Assembly (NCBI GenBank): GCA_025786725.1 | Contig: JAHLTZ010000024.1 | Coordinates: 372,001 to 436,000, forward strand | Length of the DNA stretch: 64,000 nucleotides | DNA from: Syncephalis fuscata S228 | Lineage: Eukaryota > Fungi > Zoopagomycota | Direction of reading: 5' to 3' | Shown: positions 51,601 through 64,000 of the stretch, piece by piece | Layout: each line of letters opens with the position of its first letter | Numbering within the stretch: the stretch's first letter is position 1 | Position numbers and translations under genes: made by a program | Notes under the pieces: generated by a model | Seen by the model: the letters and a program-made list of their open reading frames with translations, nothing else | Databases searched by the model: none | Told to the model about the DNA's origin: nothing

Positions 51601-51765
51601 CTATAACGCTTTGAAAAATCGATTATGGAGCTAAATTGGGCACGGTTAGAGGATGCAACTATATCCTTATCAGATACAAGTTTGCTACTAGAAGAGCTGG
51701 GCCTAACAAGCACTAACGAGGACGACTGGATGCCAGCAGCGCCATTAGTAGACGATTGCTTTTAA
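48683..51765 (+). CDS. Intron-rich ARM/HEAT-repeat protein, BRAT1-like
   Basis: Many short GT-AG introns. HEAT-like motifs SHSDALVRMTCIEAW, GDDEWETRLMTC and TDNTLSVRREAI. Ends ...VDDCF*, compared with the D-C-Y terminus of BRAT1. Confidence 0.6.
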
Positions 51766-51954
51766 ATTGTTTATTCTAATAACTACTATAAATGATGAAA
51801 TGAAAAATAATTTTAATACAGAAATGCAGCTATGTTGAGTGTTAAAGCAATAAAGACTGAAAATATAGATTGTTGGAACTGTAGTGATACATTACACTAA
51901 TAAACAACGCTTATTATACGATTCATTGTGTGTGCTTAACAACTTTCATTAATA

Positions 51955-52260
51955 AAAAGTAGCAATGCTACCTAATAATCAGTTATATACCAAGCGTACT
52001 TTATGCATTGTGTGCGTTCAATAAATTGTAACAATAGTGAGTAAATGGCATTGTATATTAATTAGTCATATATTAGCATCATGCTATACAATGTTTGCAC
52101 CAATAAATTATACTAATAGGTTGTAAGTGGTATTGTATATCGACTCATTGTATATTAATTAATATGTGCTATGTGTGTCTAATGATTTATATCAATAGAT
52201 CATAAGTAATATGTACTAATTAGTCATACACCACTTGTATATTGTTTATTATGTACATTT
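51955..52260 (+). pseudogene. Decayed relic of the intron/3-nt-microexon array
   Basis: AATAG-TGA-GTAAAT (52038-52040), AATAG-GTT-GTAAGT (52120-52122) and AATAG-ATC-ATAAGT (52199-52201). Spacers of 79 and 76 nt are homologous to the introns at 1-830. Confidence 0.8.
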
Positions 52261-53895
52261 AATAAATACAAATGCGCTGAGTTACTTATCAAGGTAGATT
52301 GATATAGCTGTAGCGATATTATTGTCAAATCATAATGCAGTGTGCGGACAGTGTAACTATACCTGTTGATGTCATAGTTGACTGTACTTATCTGCATGTC
52401 CTAAATAATATTAATGTCATTATCATAATAAACCCAGCGTGATTCTACATTAGTATTATTATAACAATAGCCGTCAATCTTTAATAACCAAGCAGCACAT
52501 TTAGCTGATATTTAAATGTAAGCTAGAACTAAACAGCTTCCTTTCTTAAAGAGTGTCATTTCTTTGTTGATATAACATAAAATGCTTTAACCATATTTAT
52601 AATTTTATAATTTAACATATAATACTAATTAAAAAGGGATTTTAAATAAATAGATCGTTTTAGTTTTATTTATTAAATACACTGTTTTAAAAAAACCTAC
52701 CGCAATGTCTAGCAAGCTATTTAAATAACCTATATTTAACAGTATCAAAAAACCAAAAGCTATCATTGACGAGTCTAGACTTGTTAACGATTGCAATTTA
52801 AAAGAAAAACAGTAGCTTAAAAAATTTATCTTATCTGTCCTCACAAAAACAATTCCAACAACAAATGTCAATTTGTTTTGACCGCAAAAAAGCAAAAAAC
52901 TGGTCTAGTAAAATTTTCCAATGCAATATTAAACATTTTAATGGTTGTTTATAATTATGCTAATAATACTATTGAATATATCAATAAATATATTACAATG
53001 ATATTGCTACATTTTTAATTGTAAAATCAAAAGATGTACAAGTAAAAGCATTAAGTAAATATTTAATTATTTAATATACACTAATAATTGTAATAGCTTA
53101 ATATGTGTTATTATATTTTATTAAAAAACTTGATCTGCTTTTGATTCAATAAAAAAAAGGCATTGGTACAACACCATCAATAAAATGATGTAGCATTAAC
53201 CAAGTAACCAAAGGAAGGAAAGGAAGGAAAAGAAGTAGAAGTAGCTTAATCAAATGTTTTACTATTAATTTAATTAAAAAATTATTAATATTAAATAAAA
53301 TTAACTTATAATAATGACTTAAATTGGCATATTTATAATGAATGCTGTAAATGTATAAATTTTGATAATAAACTAAATAATTAGATTATAAAATTCAATT
53401 TATTATTATTTGAGTAATAATATTATGTATTTACAACACTATTAAATAACAAAAGTTACAAAGCTAAAATCCCTGACGGGAAAAAATTGCCTGATGGGAA
53501 AAAAGCTAGTTACAATAGATGCAACAATTTAATTTAAAATTTGCTTATTTACGTAATTTAGTTAATTGTAGCAATATTAACAGCAATGCTAATCTATTTT
53601 AATTGTTAAAAGACTTTCAACAATATATTTGTAATAAATACATTTTTTAAAAAATACAATACAAAAATATGCACTGTAAAAATAAAAGCCAAATTACAAA
53701 TATTTATATTTGTCTTAGTGTGTATGGTATTAATCAAACAGTTCAAACTGCATCTACTAGCTTAGATACAAAGTTATTTAATTGGATAATATATATAATA
53801 TTTATTTATGAACAATGAAACAAACGGTAATATTGAAAATAATATTTTGCTATTTTTTAATACTAATAATATTGTTAAAAGGCTGTACTATTTGT

Positions 53896-55260
53896 TTAAA
53901 CAACAACCATAGTATATCGCGGCTCTAGCATTGCGTCAAAGCCATAGGCAATCCCGCCCTGCATAAAGCAGGCCAGTACAAGTCCGGCGCTGACCTGCGA
54001 AACTATATCTTGAAAACGGGTGAAAAATGCCAAAATCAAAAATATTTGCCAATGGTGAATATGAACATTTAGTCCATCAAGTAAGCGCTCTGTTGGATCC
54101 ATTACATTCTCTTCTAATATACCAACAGCATCATCGGGCTCTTTCTGCCTGCAAAATGCCTCTGTAGGCGGCAAATTTTCAGGTATGTTTGGATTATTCT
54201 GGCCATTGTTGCTACCGGATGATGTGCGGCGCTGATTAACAGTGGAAGCAGAATCAACAATGGCTGTGGTAAACACTTTAGATGCACCGTCTATATCCAT
54301 ATTATTTGTCCTGTGTCCAGTTCATCAGAATGGCGTGTTTTGAAATTATGACTAGCAGTTTGCGAATTTGTAGATGCACCTGATAATTGCTTTGCATTGG
54401 CGTTGGTGCATCTTCAGCTTTATTTGCCGGAGTAGCTGATCTAGTATTGTTCGTTTTGCTGTGCTTAGCGTCTTCAATATCATTGTAGCTCATGCCACTA
54501 TCAATGGGCTGTATCAATGCGGTAGCCTTTGCATTCAAGCCAGATGGTGCCGTAGGTGGTGCACTAATATCATTGGGACTGTTATAGCCGTTGTTGGCCA
54601 ATGATTTTTCCTGTTGTCGCCGAGTTCGTAGTCGAACAATACGTCTTTGTGACCACCACGCACTATCTATTCTAGCTAGCAATACACCCACCAACAATAC
54701 AAGCCATGCCAGAATAAATAAGCTGATGTACCATGGCCAGAAAATATCCAAATGTATTGCTACTACAATGTGGTAGGCAGTTAGAGCAAGTATTACTGCC
54801 AGTGCTGATAGCATCACCGCCCAGACACGCCATTCCCAAATACGCCAGCCAGGCAGACTGACTCGAAGAAATGGGACCTCTACCAGCATACCGTAGGCCC
54901 ATAGGCCCAGATAAAAGCCACCACCATGACCCAATTGAAGGTGTGCGAGTACCCGCCAAACGTAAATAAAATTAGCGTATAGGCAAGTGCCTGCGTAATA
55001 TCCGAATAGTGGTCTGCAGCACACTTTGGTTTGTGCTCCCAGCGCCGCCACTGTATCCAAATATAATAAAGCGTATATGGAGCAAGTACCATAACCAGTG
55101 TGAATATTACATATGTATATGGGTCAAAACTAGCCAACGCTAGCGGTATATCTTCGCGATAACAAGCGTTAGGAAAGTCGTTCTGTGGCTGTTTACTATT
55201 AACAAGAATATCTAGTTTGCGCGCCATTAGTCTTGCTTGTCTTTCTGATATTACTGGCAT
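53896..55260 (-). CDS. Uncharacterised polytopic membrane protein
   Basis: Three overlapping ORFs joined by frameshifts. Several TM helices and a C-terminal HIHHWQIF..LAFFTRF...SQVSAGL....QG..AYGFD motif. Confidence 0.8.
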
Positions 55261-58200
55261 GATATTAAGATAGCAGTGGTAATGAGAAAAGAAAGCAAGA
55301 TAAAATACGAAAGGGGTCGCTGTTAATAACTAGTATGGTATCACGAGGGGGAGAGAACTAAAAGAGCGATTATACGAGTAAAGTGGCGGTCAAACAAGAA
55401 ATAAGGAGCTATCAAACAGCGACGACTGCAGTTGCTAGCATGAGAGAAAAGCAAAATGCCATATTCTCAGTGAGCGTAGTCACGTTGCACAGCAGCAGCA
55501 TGCTGAAATATACAAACAGTACAGCTAAATATAGCTATGCTTTACACCGTAATTTCTAGAAGCTATAAAATAGCTATTAATTTAAGCAATAATGGCAGCC
55601 TATTTCTTTATAACATATGTAATTTATTTATTTTAATTAAGCGACTGAACTGAACTGGTAATAGGACAGCTTGGCTTGTATTTTAAAATAGTTTTAACTT
55701 GGCCAAGCTTAAACTTATTTAATGTAGACTACTAATTTTTTGCATACGATTTAATTTGAATATTACATATGTAGCTTTGATGGTGTTGATTACAGTATTA
55801 CTACAGATACATACCAATAATCTGATCATGTGATTTTTAGGCTTCTATTGCCATAAATGGTAATAGTAATTAATTATCTGTATATAGTCACGTGATTTAT
55901 TTACATGCATACTATCTATTATCAAGCATACAGTATAATGCCCAGTTCAACATACTTGGCAGCAATCGACATAGTCGGTTATTTGTATTATACTAATAGT
56001 TAAAATATTGTGCGTGTGCTGATTTACTTGAAATAAATATTACTTATATTTATCGTTAAAGGGGAAATAGACAATAAGCCCAAACTTTTTTTACAACTAT
56101 TCCTTACTACAGCCCACTAGTATAGAATGACACTACTATTTTATTCCTGCTAAATATTATTATTTAATGTATCTTATTTATTTTAATTTATTACAAATGT
56201 TATCTAATTACAATCATTAAACTAGCGTAATTGTTAATTACTAAAGTCACTATTGTCTTTACAATATCATAACTGACCATCATATCTAAGGCAAGTGTTG
56301 TTTATTAGCATTTATCATTAAATAAACAAGTACGAAAAATAACTATGTAAGAAATTAAACGACGGATTAAAGGGTGCAAATGATTTATTAATGATTCATG
56401 TTTTGTTAGCTATTGTATAGCTTATTTCCATCAAATATAATACAACTATCTAATGTCTGCTCAAATTGTTTAGTTTATTTACAACAAATGCAATGCTAAA
56501 CTAAATGTGTATTTGGCTTAATTTACTGGTTTCATTATAGTATCAAGATAGTTAAAGTTTAAGCATATTGGCATATTCAACTGTATACTTGGTTGGTTTG
56601 ACAATTGAAACGCAATAATACGACGCAGAACAAAACAATCAGCCAGTGATTTTTCCATTTTCATGTCATTTACTTTGTCAAACAGTGTTGATACAAGACT
56701 CTCCGTTGTTATGTTTTACATTATTTCATGACTTTGTTCCAGTATATCCGTTGTAAATACTAGACTAAATCAAATTTATTATGATGTATTGCAGCTATGG
56801 AAAACATACTGTAACTATTAAATTATAATCAAGTGTAGTATCCAAATTAATAAAATATTAGTTGCTAAACAAATGTAATTAATTGGTATCAGCTATAAAT
56901 AGCAGCAAATAATTTCAGATTTAATAAATTCGTACAAATATGAAATATACTGAATAGCACATTGTTATCATTCACACACTATTTTTAAATATATCGATTA
57001 CTACATGTACGTAATAAACAGAGTTCTAATAAACTAAATATTACTATGGTATATACGATTATAAATCTGCTATGTTTTAGCTAGATCTATAAAAAACACA
57101 AATAGTTGGCAGTTTTATCTTTAAGCCATTAATGTTTCAAGCCTCAGCCATTATAGCTGGGTTGTTTTATTTTGAATTAATATATTACTCATATTATCAG
57201 TATAATATATTTTCGAATATAAAACTTGCTGAAGTGGCTAAACTACTGTGAATATCATGTATCAATAATTAAAAGCCCCCATTATTTGAGTAGTAATCTA
57301 TTTTGGTATACAATATACTATATATGTAAAAATAGTATTGCCGAGGTATTGGCCTTGTGTGATCCCTTTTTGGATTTTATCGCTTAAACAGCATGATCAG
57401 CCTTTTCAAGCTTGGAGGATTAGTTTGACCAAAGTAGTTTTTAGCAAACGTATTTACATTTTCAAATGGTGTGAAAAGACTGTAGATACAGATAAATATT
57501 TACACATAGACCATTTATTACCCATACTAACAGATATTAAGCAAAATAAATAGCCAATTACTTGCCTGAAAGCGAGAGAATTGTATTACAACTCCGCTTA
57601 AAGACAATGGGCAGAGCTTGTTAACTCAATTTATTGGACAGATTATGCGGTATTTTTGCGACTATTGCGCTGATGTTCATTCTCCGTTAAGATTTATAAT
57701 AGCCACTAGAATGACAAGCGCCATTATCGCACGTTCTACTTGTTGCGTAAATCACTTCGCCTGGCTTTTGTCACTCTACTAATATCAAACGTGTACGAGG
57801 TTGTTGAAACACGGCGTTAATAAGGGCGCTACCACTCATTGTGTGCGTGTGCAAGTTTGAAAATACCGCCATTTATATATCACTAGCCTTATTACGTTCA
57901 CTAATCCTGTTCACTTATCCTCTCTTTCTTTTTAACTAGTAGACAACGTCGCTATTGTTGTTATGACTATTGTCGTACGATTTCTATGCTAAATTCTTGT
58001 TAAGCACCTTATTTTCTCTACTGCGCTCTTTTCAAATCACTCATTTGACTAAGCTTAAGATTATTGCTGGCCAATAATTGCTTTATTTTAACTTTCAGCT
58101 TAGCATCTCTCACTCACTCACTCACTTCTATTCTTTTTCACCTTTCGTTGGTTCGCCTTTATCGATTCATCGTTCTAGCACAGTGCGTGGCACCCCTTTC

Positions 58201-58553
58201 TTCTCATTCTTATTTTTCTTCTATACAGCTGCTAACGCCGATTCCTTACCATCCTCCTGCCGCATTGACAGCGTAGTCATTTCGGATTATTCTTGCATTA
58301 TTCACTATACGCCAGCGTCCCTTAGTAACCGTTGACGCTGTTTCATTTCCCTGACCGAGTGCAAGCCACTTGCTTCTCCTACACTATCTCTTTGTGTTTT
58401 ATTGCCGTTGTTGTTTTTTTGTCTATCAATATCGATCCCCTGTGTAGTATCTGACTACTAGCCAGATCGCTTTTATTAACTATACAACAACAATAGTAAC
58501 TATTATTACAACTTTTACTACAAAGGCCATTAAAGTACCGTGTTATTTACACC

Positions 58554-61500
58554 ATGTTGGATACTATTCCCTTAACGCCCAAAGGCAAAAGCCGAGATAT
58601 TCCCAATGTGCGCCTAGCCGTGCTCAACGTCAAAGGCATGTCTTGCGCGTCTTGTGTAGCTGGCATTGAAGGCGGCTTGGCCGATGAGCCCGGTATTGTC
58701 TCCGTTACCGTGTCATTATTGGCAGAACGAGCAGAAGTGCAGTATCGCGACGATATTGTGGGTGCTAACGGCCAGCTTCTTAACGAGGCCGCCATTGCCA
58801 ATATGATCGACGAACTTGGATTCCAAGCAACTCCAGTTATACAAGCAAAAGAAGGCAAAACTGAACTGCGTATTTTTGGTATGACTTGTGCGTCATGTTC
58901 AGGTGCCATTGAACGGGAAATTAGCCAAATGCCTGGCGTTACATCAGTGTGTGTTAATTTGGCACTTGAAGTGGGCCAGTTTGAATATGATCGAAATCAA
59001 GTTACTGTACGTGATCTGGTTGATGCATTAGCCGATATGGGATTTGATGCACTTTTGGCCGATCAGGGACGTAATGCACAATTAGAATCGCTGGCCCGTA
59101 CAAAGGAAGTGACCGAATGGCGTCGAGCTTTTATTGCCGCTATTACACTTGCGGTTCCAGGCTTTCTTATTTCACGTGTATTTCCACGGTTTAGCTGGGG
59201 CCGTGCAGTAACCGATCGTGATTTACTACCTGGTCTTAGTATGGGCAATGTGCTTGAAATAGCACTTACCATTCCTGTTCAATTTATTATTGGTAAACGA
59301 TTCTATAGGGCTTCATGGAAGGCACTGTCACATCGTAATGCTACCATGGATGTACTTATTGCACTTAGTACAAGCATTGCCTTTGCCTTTTCAATGCTAT
59401 CTATTATTGTGCAATGATTATGCCTTCGCATCCAAAGCCGGCTACTTTCTTTGAAACATCGACCATGCTAATTGCTTTTGTCACATTGGCCGTTATCTAG
59501 AGAATATGGCCAAAGGTAAAACATCAGCTGCATTGTCAAAGCTTATATCTTTAGCACCATCGCAAGCTACACTACTTGAACTAAGTGTAGATGGACAAGT
59601 CATTGGAGAAAGAAAAGTTGCCACTGAGCTGATTCAGCCTGGCGACTTTATTCGTATCTATCCGGGTGAAAAGATTCCAGTAGATGGTGTGGTACGTGAA
59701 GGCTCATCCAATGTTAACGAATCAATGGTAACCGGCGAGCCACTTGAAGTTACCAAGTCAACAGGTGACGATGTTATTGGCGGCACATTGAATGGACAAG
59801 GCACACTACAGATTAAGGCAAAACGGGTCGGTGGCGACACTACATTAGCACAGATTGTCAAATTAGTTGAAGAAGCACAGACAGCCAAAGCACCTATTCA
59901 AAATTTTGCTGATCGAACTGCACAATATTTTGTACCAACGGTTATTTTATTAGCTATTGTCACGTTTATTGTATGGATGATTGTAGCACATATATTTGAC
60001 AATGCATTACCAGCAGCTTTCCATGGTGGGCACTCAACCTTCCTTGTTTGTCTTAAGCTATGCGTATCAGTTATTGTTGTTGCATGTCCTTGTGCACTTG
60101 GCCTTAGTCTGCCTACAGCGGTTATGGTCGGTACTGGTGTTGGCGCTCAATTAGGCATTCTTATTAAAGGAGGTGATCCATTGGAACGGGCCCATCGAGT
60201 TACAAAGGTTATATTCGACAAGACAGGCACATTGACAGAAGGCCGACTATCAGTATCTAAATGCTATAGAGTCGATGGTTTGAATATGTCAGAGGAGCGG
60301 TTTATTGCACTAGTGGCACATGCTGAAGATCGTAGCGAGCATCCATTGGGCAAATCAATCGTTGAACATGCTAAAAGCCGATTGCAGATTGAAGTGCTTG
60401 GTGGCACAGTTGAAGACTTTACATCTACTACAGGTGCTGGTATACAGGCTGTTGTTACATTATTATCAACACAGCCGGGCGCACTACAATCAAGTCACCA
60501 GAATACTAGTAATGAGCCAGCTGTTAAAGTATTGATTGGTAATCAGCGCTGGATGGAAGAAAATGGATGTACAATTGATTCAGCCAGTCTAGCTGATATG
60601 AAGCAAGAAGCATCGAGTGGCCGTACGGTTATTCTTATTGCATTGGATGGTAGATTCGCAGGTTATATGTCTTTGGCCGACCGCGTCCGACCTGAAGCAC
60701 GACGAGCGGTATACGCTTTACGCCGTCTTGGCATTCGTAGTGCGTTAATTACTGGTGATCAGTTATTAACTGCACAAGGTGTTGCTGCTATTTGTGGCAT
60801 ACGTGAAGTACACGCCGGCATTACGCCAGCTGGTAAACGACAACTACTATTACGCATGCAACAACGCGGACAAGTAGTTGCTATGGTCGGTGACGGTATT
60901 AACGATTCACCGGCATTGGCCGCTGCTGATGTCGGTATTGCACTTGCTAGCGGTACCGATGTCGCTATGGAGGCGGCCGATGTCGTTCTAATGCGTACAG
61001 ATCTATGTGATGTTGTAGCGGCACTTGATCTATCGCGGACCATTCTTCGCCGTATTCACATGAACTTTGTCTGGGCCACTATCTATAATCTGCTGGGTAT
61101 TCCAATTGCTATGGGCTGCTTATTGCCATGGGGCGTTATGCTTAAGCCAATGTGGGCCGGTGCAGCTATGGCCCTTTCAAGCGTATCAGTCGTAGTATCC
61201 AGCTTGATGCTACGACTTTATCGTAAGCCAAACTGTCCCGATCCAAATATGGCTGCCGATATGGATGCACTTGATGAAGAAGAAAGAATGGCCGCTGAAG
61301 CAGAAGATGAAGAGGAACTACTGGCCACGACTACGACCTATATGGAGCGACAAGAATCGTCTTACTCGCTGCGTGGTGTTGATGATGCAGAATCGCTTTT
61401 TGGCCATGAAGATCCATTAAGCAAATCATCAGCTGCACTAGATGGTCATCGTAGAGATGGTCTATGGCTAAGTGCACGCACACGCCTTCGACTTCATCGT

Positions 61501-61767
61501 ACACTTCGAGCAGTACCGGTGGTGGGCGGTACACTGGCCAGTATATTGCGTATGATGACGCAATCTACACCAACGGCTACTACTACTACTACTACTACTA
61601 CAGCAACGGTAACCAATACACCGGCCATGGTCATTCGCAATAAGATTGCATCACGATCTAATCCATACAATCGCGTTGCATCGGCCGACACCGCCATTGC
61701 TGAAGTGACCGAAAATTCGGCCATCTTTTGCATTGACGACGATGAGGAAGTCGGAAACACGCACTGA
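58554..61767 (+). CDS. CCC2: Copper-transporting P1B-type ATPase
   Basis: Two HMA domains (GMSCASC, GMTCASC), plus TGE, CPC, DKTGT, SEHPLG, GDGIND, YN and MxxSS. Two frameshifts near 59415 and 59490. Confidence 0.96.
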
Positions 61768-62005
61768 TGAATCTAACTTTATTAGTATCAGTTTTATATC
61801 AATATTATTATTGGTAACTATTGCTATATGAATACGTTGATGTAATTGAATACTAAGATTTATTTAGTAGTATACTTGTGAACTGTTTATTAACAGTCAT
61901 TTTATTGGCATTTCTATTTACATAATAAATATAATCATTTCTATTCGTATGTGCAGTTATTAATATAATGAATTACATTTATAATAACAATTTATTAATA
62001 ATTTA

Positions 62006-62928
62006 ATATGATTTGGGAGTCAAATGACTAAATTGATAACATTCGCGCAATTGCACTGCACATTCAATCTATTGAACATGGGGACAAGTGGTGAGTTTTA
62101 TTTAATCATCACATCATCACACTTATTGCTTTTTTGGGGGACAAATGACTAATATTTAATAACGCCCAATCTATTGAACATGATGATGGGTGGTGAGTGA
62201 CATCAGTCATCAAATACTCGTCATCATAGATTCGTTATCCAGTATGCATATATCCACCATTTACCTATATCATTCCCATTCTGTCCCACACTACTATGTA
62301 TCATTCTACGATACACTAGACACATTTTATTGTTTATACGCGGCAATATACTTTGCTCATTCCACTCATTCCACTATACACACTGTAACTTTAACATCAT
62401 TTTGTGCACTTTTCACTGTACATTTATCGTTTTATTTATCATTCTATACTCACCTAGCCATGTTCTATCCAAAACTGTTTTTATTTTTGTTCTAGATTTA
62501 TTATTAACAAATGTCGACTAATATCGGTCATCTGCTCATGCATATATGCTCAATAACTTTGGCATGACTAATCGTCGCTCCATATTGCATATTCTTTATA
62601 TTATATGTTAATTTATTATATAATGAGTACTGGCCATCTATTGCAGCTGTTTATTTTGTTCTAGTTCTATTATTAACAAAGTTTGACTAGTCTTGTTTAT
62701 TTTGTTCATTATAATATATATATTTAAAACATATAAACAATATAATATACCCAATATAGTATAGAATAATATAAGTACATAGAATATATGCATACTGGAT
62801 AACAAATCTATGATGACAAATATTTGATAATTGATGTCGCTCACCATTTGTTTCCATGTTCAATAGATTGAATGTGCAGTGCAATTGCGCGAATGTTATT
62901 AAATATATTTATTTAATGCCAGCCACAC
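62006..62928. mobile_element. MITE-like element, diverged member of the 13.1/16.5-kb family
   Basis: Inverted repeats ATAACATTCGCGCAATTGCACTGCACATTCAATCTATTGAACATGG (~62036-62081) and its reverse complement (~62854-62899). Body 62170-62600 is homologous to 16620-17050. Confidence 0.8.
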
Positions 62929-63029
62929 TACATGTAATGATATTATGATTAAATAAATATAACTACAATTAAATAATAAAATAATAAAACATACTGACTT
63001 AATGAGCTTCAAATTCCGCTTTAATCCTA

Positions 63030-63960
63030 ATTTCAGCTATATTATCCAGTCAAATATAAACTACACAGCTACGCTATTATAATGATATAGCTGTATAGCT
63101 GTATACTTGTAATTATAATGCAATGATCCCAACTATACTTGTACACAGCTATACTACCAGTTATATGACCAATTATATTAGTATTTGGCTATACAATCAT
63201 ATGGCTAGGTATGTTTATATTTCACTATACGGCTATTTGGCTATGCAACAAAAACCAAATATACAAATAGGTAGCTATAGTATTAAACATACAAGCTATT
63301 ATACACATTACTATTTCGCTATACAGTTTTATACACCAACTACTATATAGCCATTTATATAGCCATGCAATTATACAGCTACATATTTATGTGGATAATT
63401 TTATAAAACACAAACATACGACTAGCTATTTTGCTATATTTGTATCTCGCCAACAGTAATAGTATATTGCGCCCAGTTTCACTATACAACTGTTTGCCAA
63501 CTATCTTGCTATTTTACAAAATAGACAGGCAAATAATTACCCTATGACCAAACAAACACAAGATAATATACACGCTGCTATTTTGCTATTTGTCAAATAA
63601 AATGCTATGCTACTATACTTGTATATTTAACTATATACCAGCACAACTATACAAATAAACAAGTATATTTGTATATGGCTAACTAAGGAAATACATTTGT
63701 GCATGGATAGCTATATGTCTACACAGATATACATACAAATATACAGCAGCATAAATATACAAGCATACAATAAAGCATTCGGCTATTTCGCTATACAACC
63801 AACTAGATAAACAAGCAGCTAATGATTATACAGTCAATCATACATTTATATTGCTATATGAGTAAGTATACAATTAAACAGTTACATAACCAATTATAAA
63901 ACTATATTTGTATATGACCAAGTTTGATAAACAAATCATTTGATATTTGAATTGCCAGTT
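63030..63960. repeat. Degenerate AT-rich low-complexity repeat
   Basis: Recurrent GCTATA/CTATAC/ATACAA/GCTATTT words without a fixed period or credible ORF. Confidence 0.55.
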
Positions 63961-64000
63961 TATTTTTTGAAATAAAATTATGTGTTTATTACTGCAAGTT

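Noticed and set aside
52600-53880. Extremely AT-rich tract with a 20-bp tandem duplication near 53467-53503
   Set aside because: No periodicity, splice pattern or ORF, and no basis for calling a centromere or origin.
55300-58500. Long intergenic region checked for further microexon arrays or RNA genes
   Set aside because: No periodic AG-NNN-GT pattern and no tRNA or snRNA signature seen by eye.
63030-64000. Telomere-associated or intron-array interpretation of the terminal low-complexity DNA
   Set aside because: No fixed unit, no telomeric motif and no conserved splice signals.

Overview
AT-rich, intron-containing nuclear DNA of an early-diverging fungus. It looks Zoopagomycota/Syncephalis-like; that assignment is an inference from gene content, short introns and a U12 intron. 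About 20 protein genes are supported: RXT2-like, SDH4, R3H-domain, MAS1, DsbA/FrnE-like, PPR-like, an acidic hypothetical protein, YDJ1, a LAT-type amino-acid permease, ADE12, a multi-TM protein, 7TM-RGS, a kexin-prodomain-like ORF, a subtilisin, two paralogous GPCRs, a small tail-anchored protein, a BRAT1-like ARM protein, a membrane protein and the CCC2 Cu-ATPase. Many conserved genes carry single-base frameshifts that are most likely consensus errors. Main discovery: the ~80-bp tandem repeat at 1-830, read on the minus strand, is a chain of spliceosomal introns separated by 3-nt microexons (TAG-NNN-GTAAGT, 11 units, one with only 2 nt, running off the window). It lies directly downstream of an exon encoding a signal peptide, pro-region and RR (Kex2-type) site. 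This predicts a secreted peptide (GFCCW...) written about one codon per exon, and a decayed paralogous array sits at ~52.0-52.2 kb. Other notable items are an AT-AC minor-spliceosome intron (3121-3186), a Fanzor/TnpB-like nuclease relic (2249-2628), a 5.3-kb structure with 1.47-kb inverted arms ending at the stop codons of two convergent genes, a MITE family, and an unlisted two-exon 87-aa gene.
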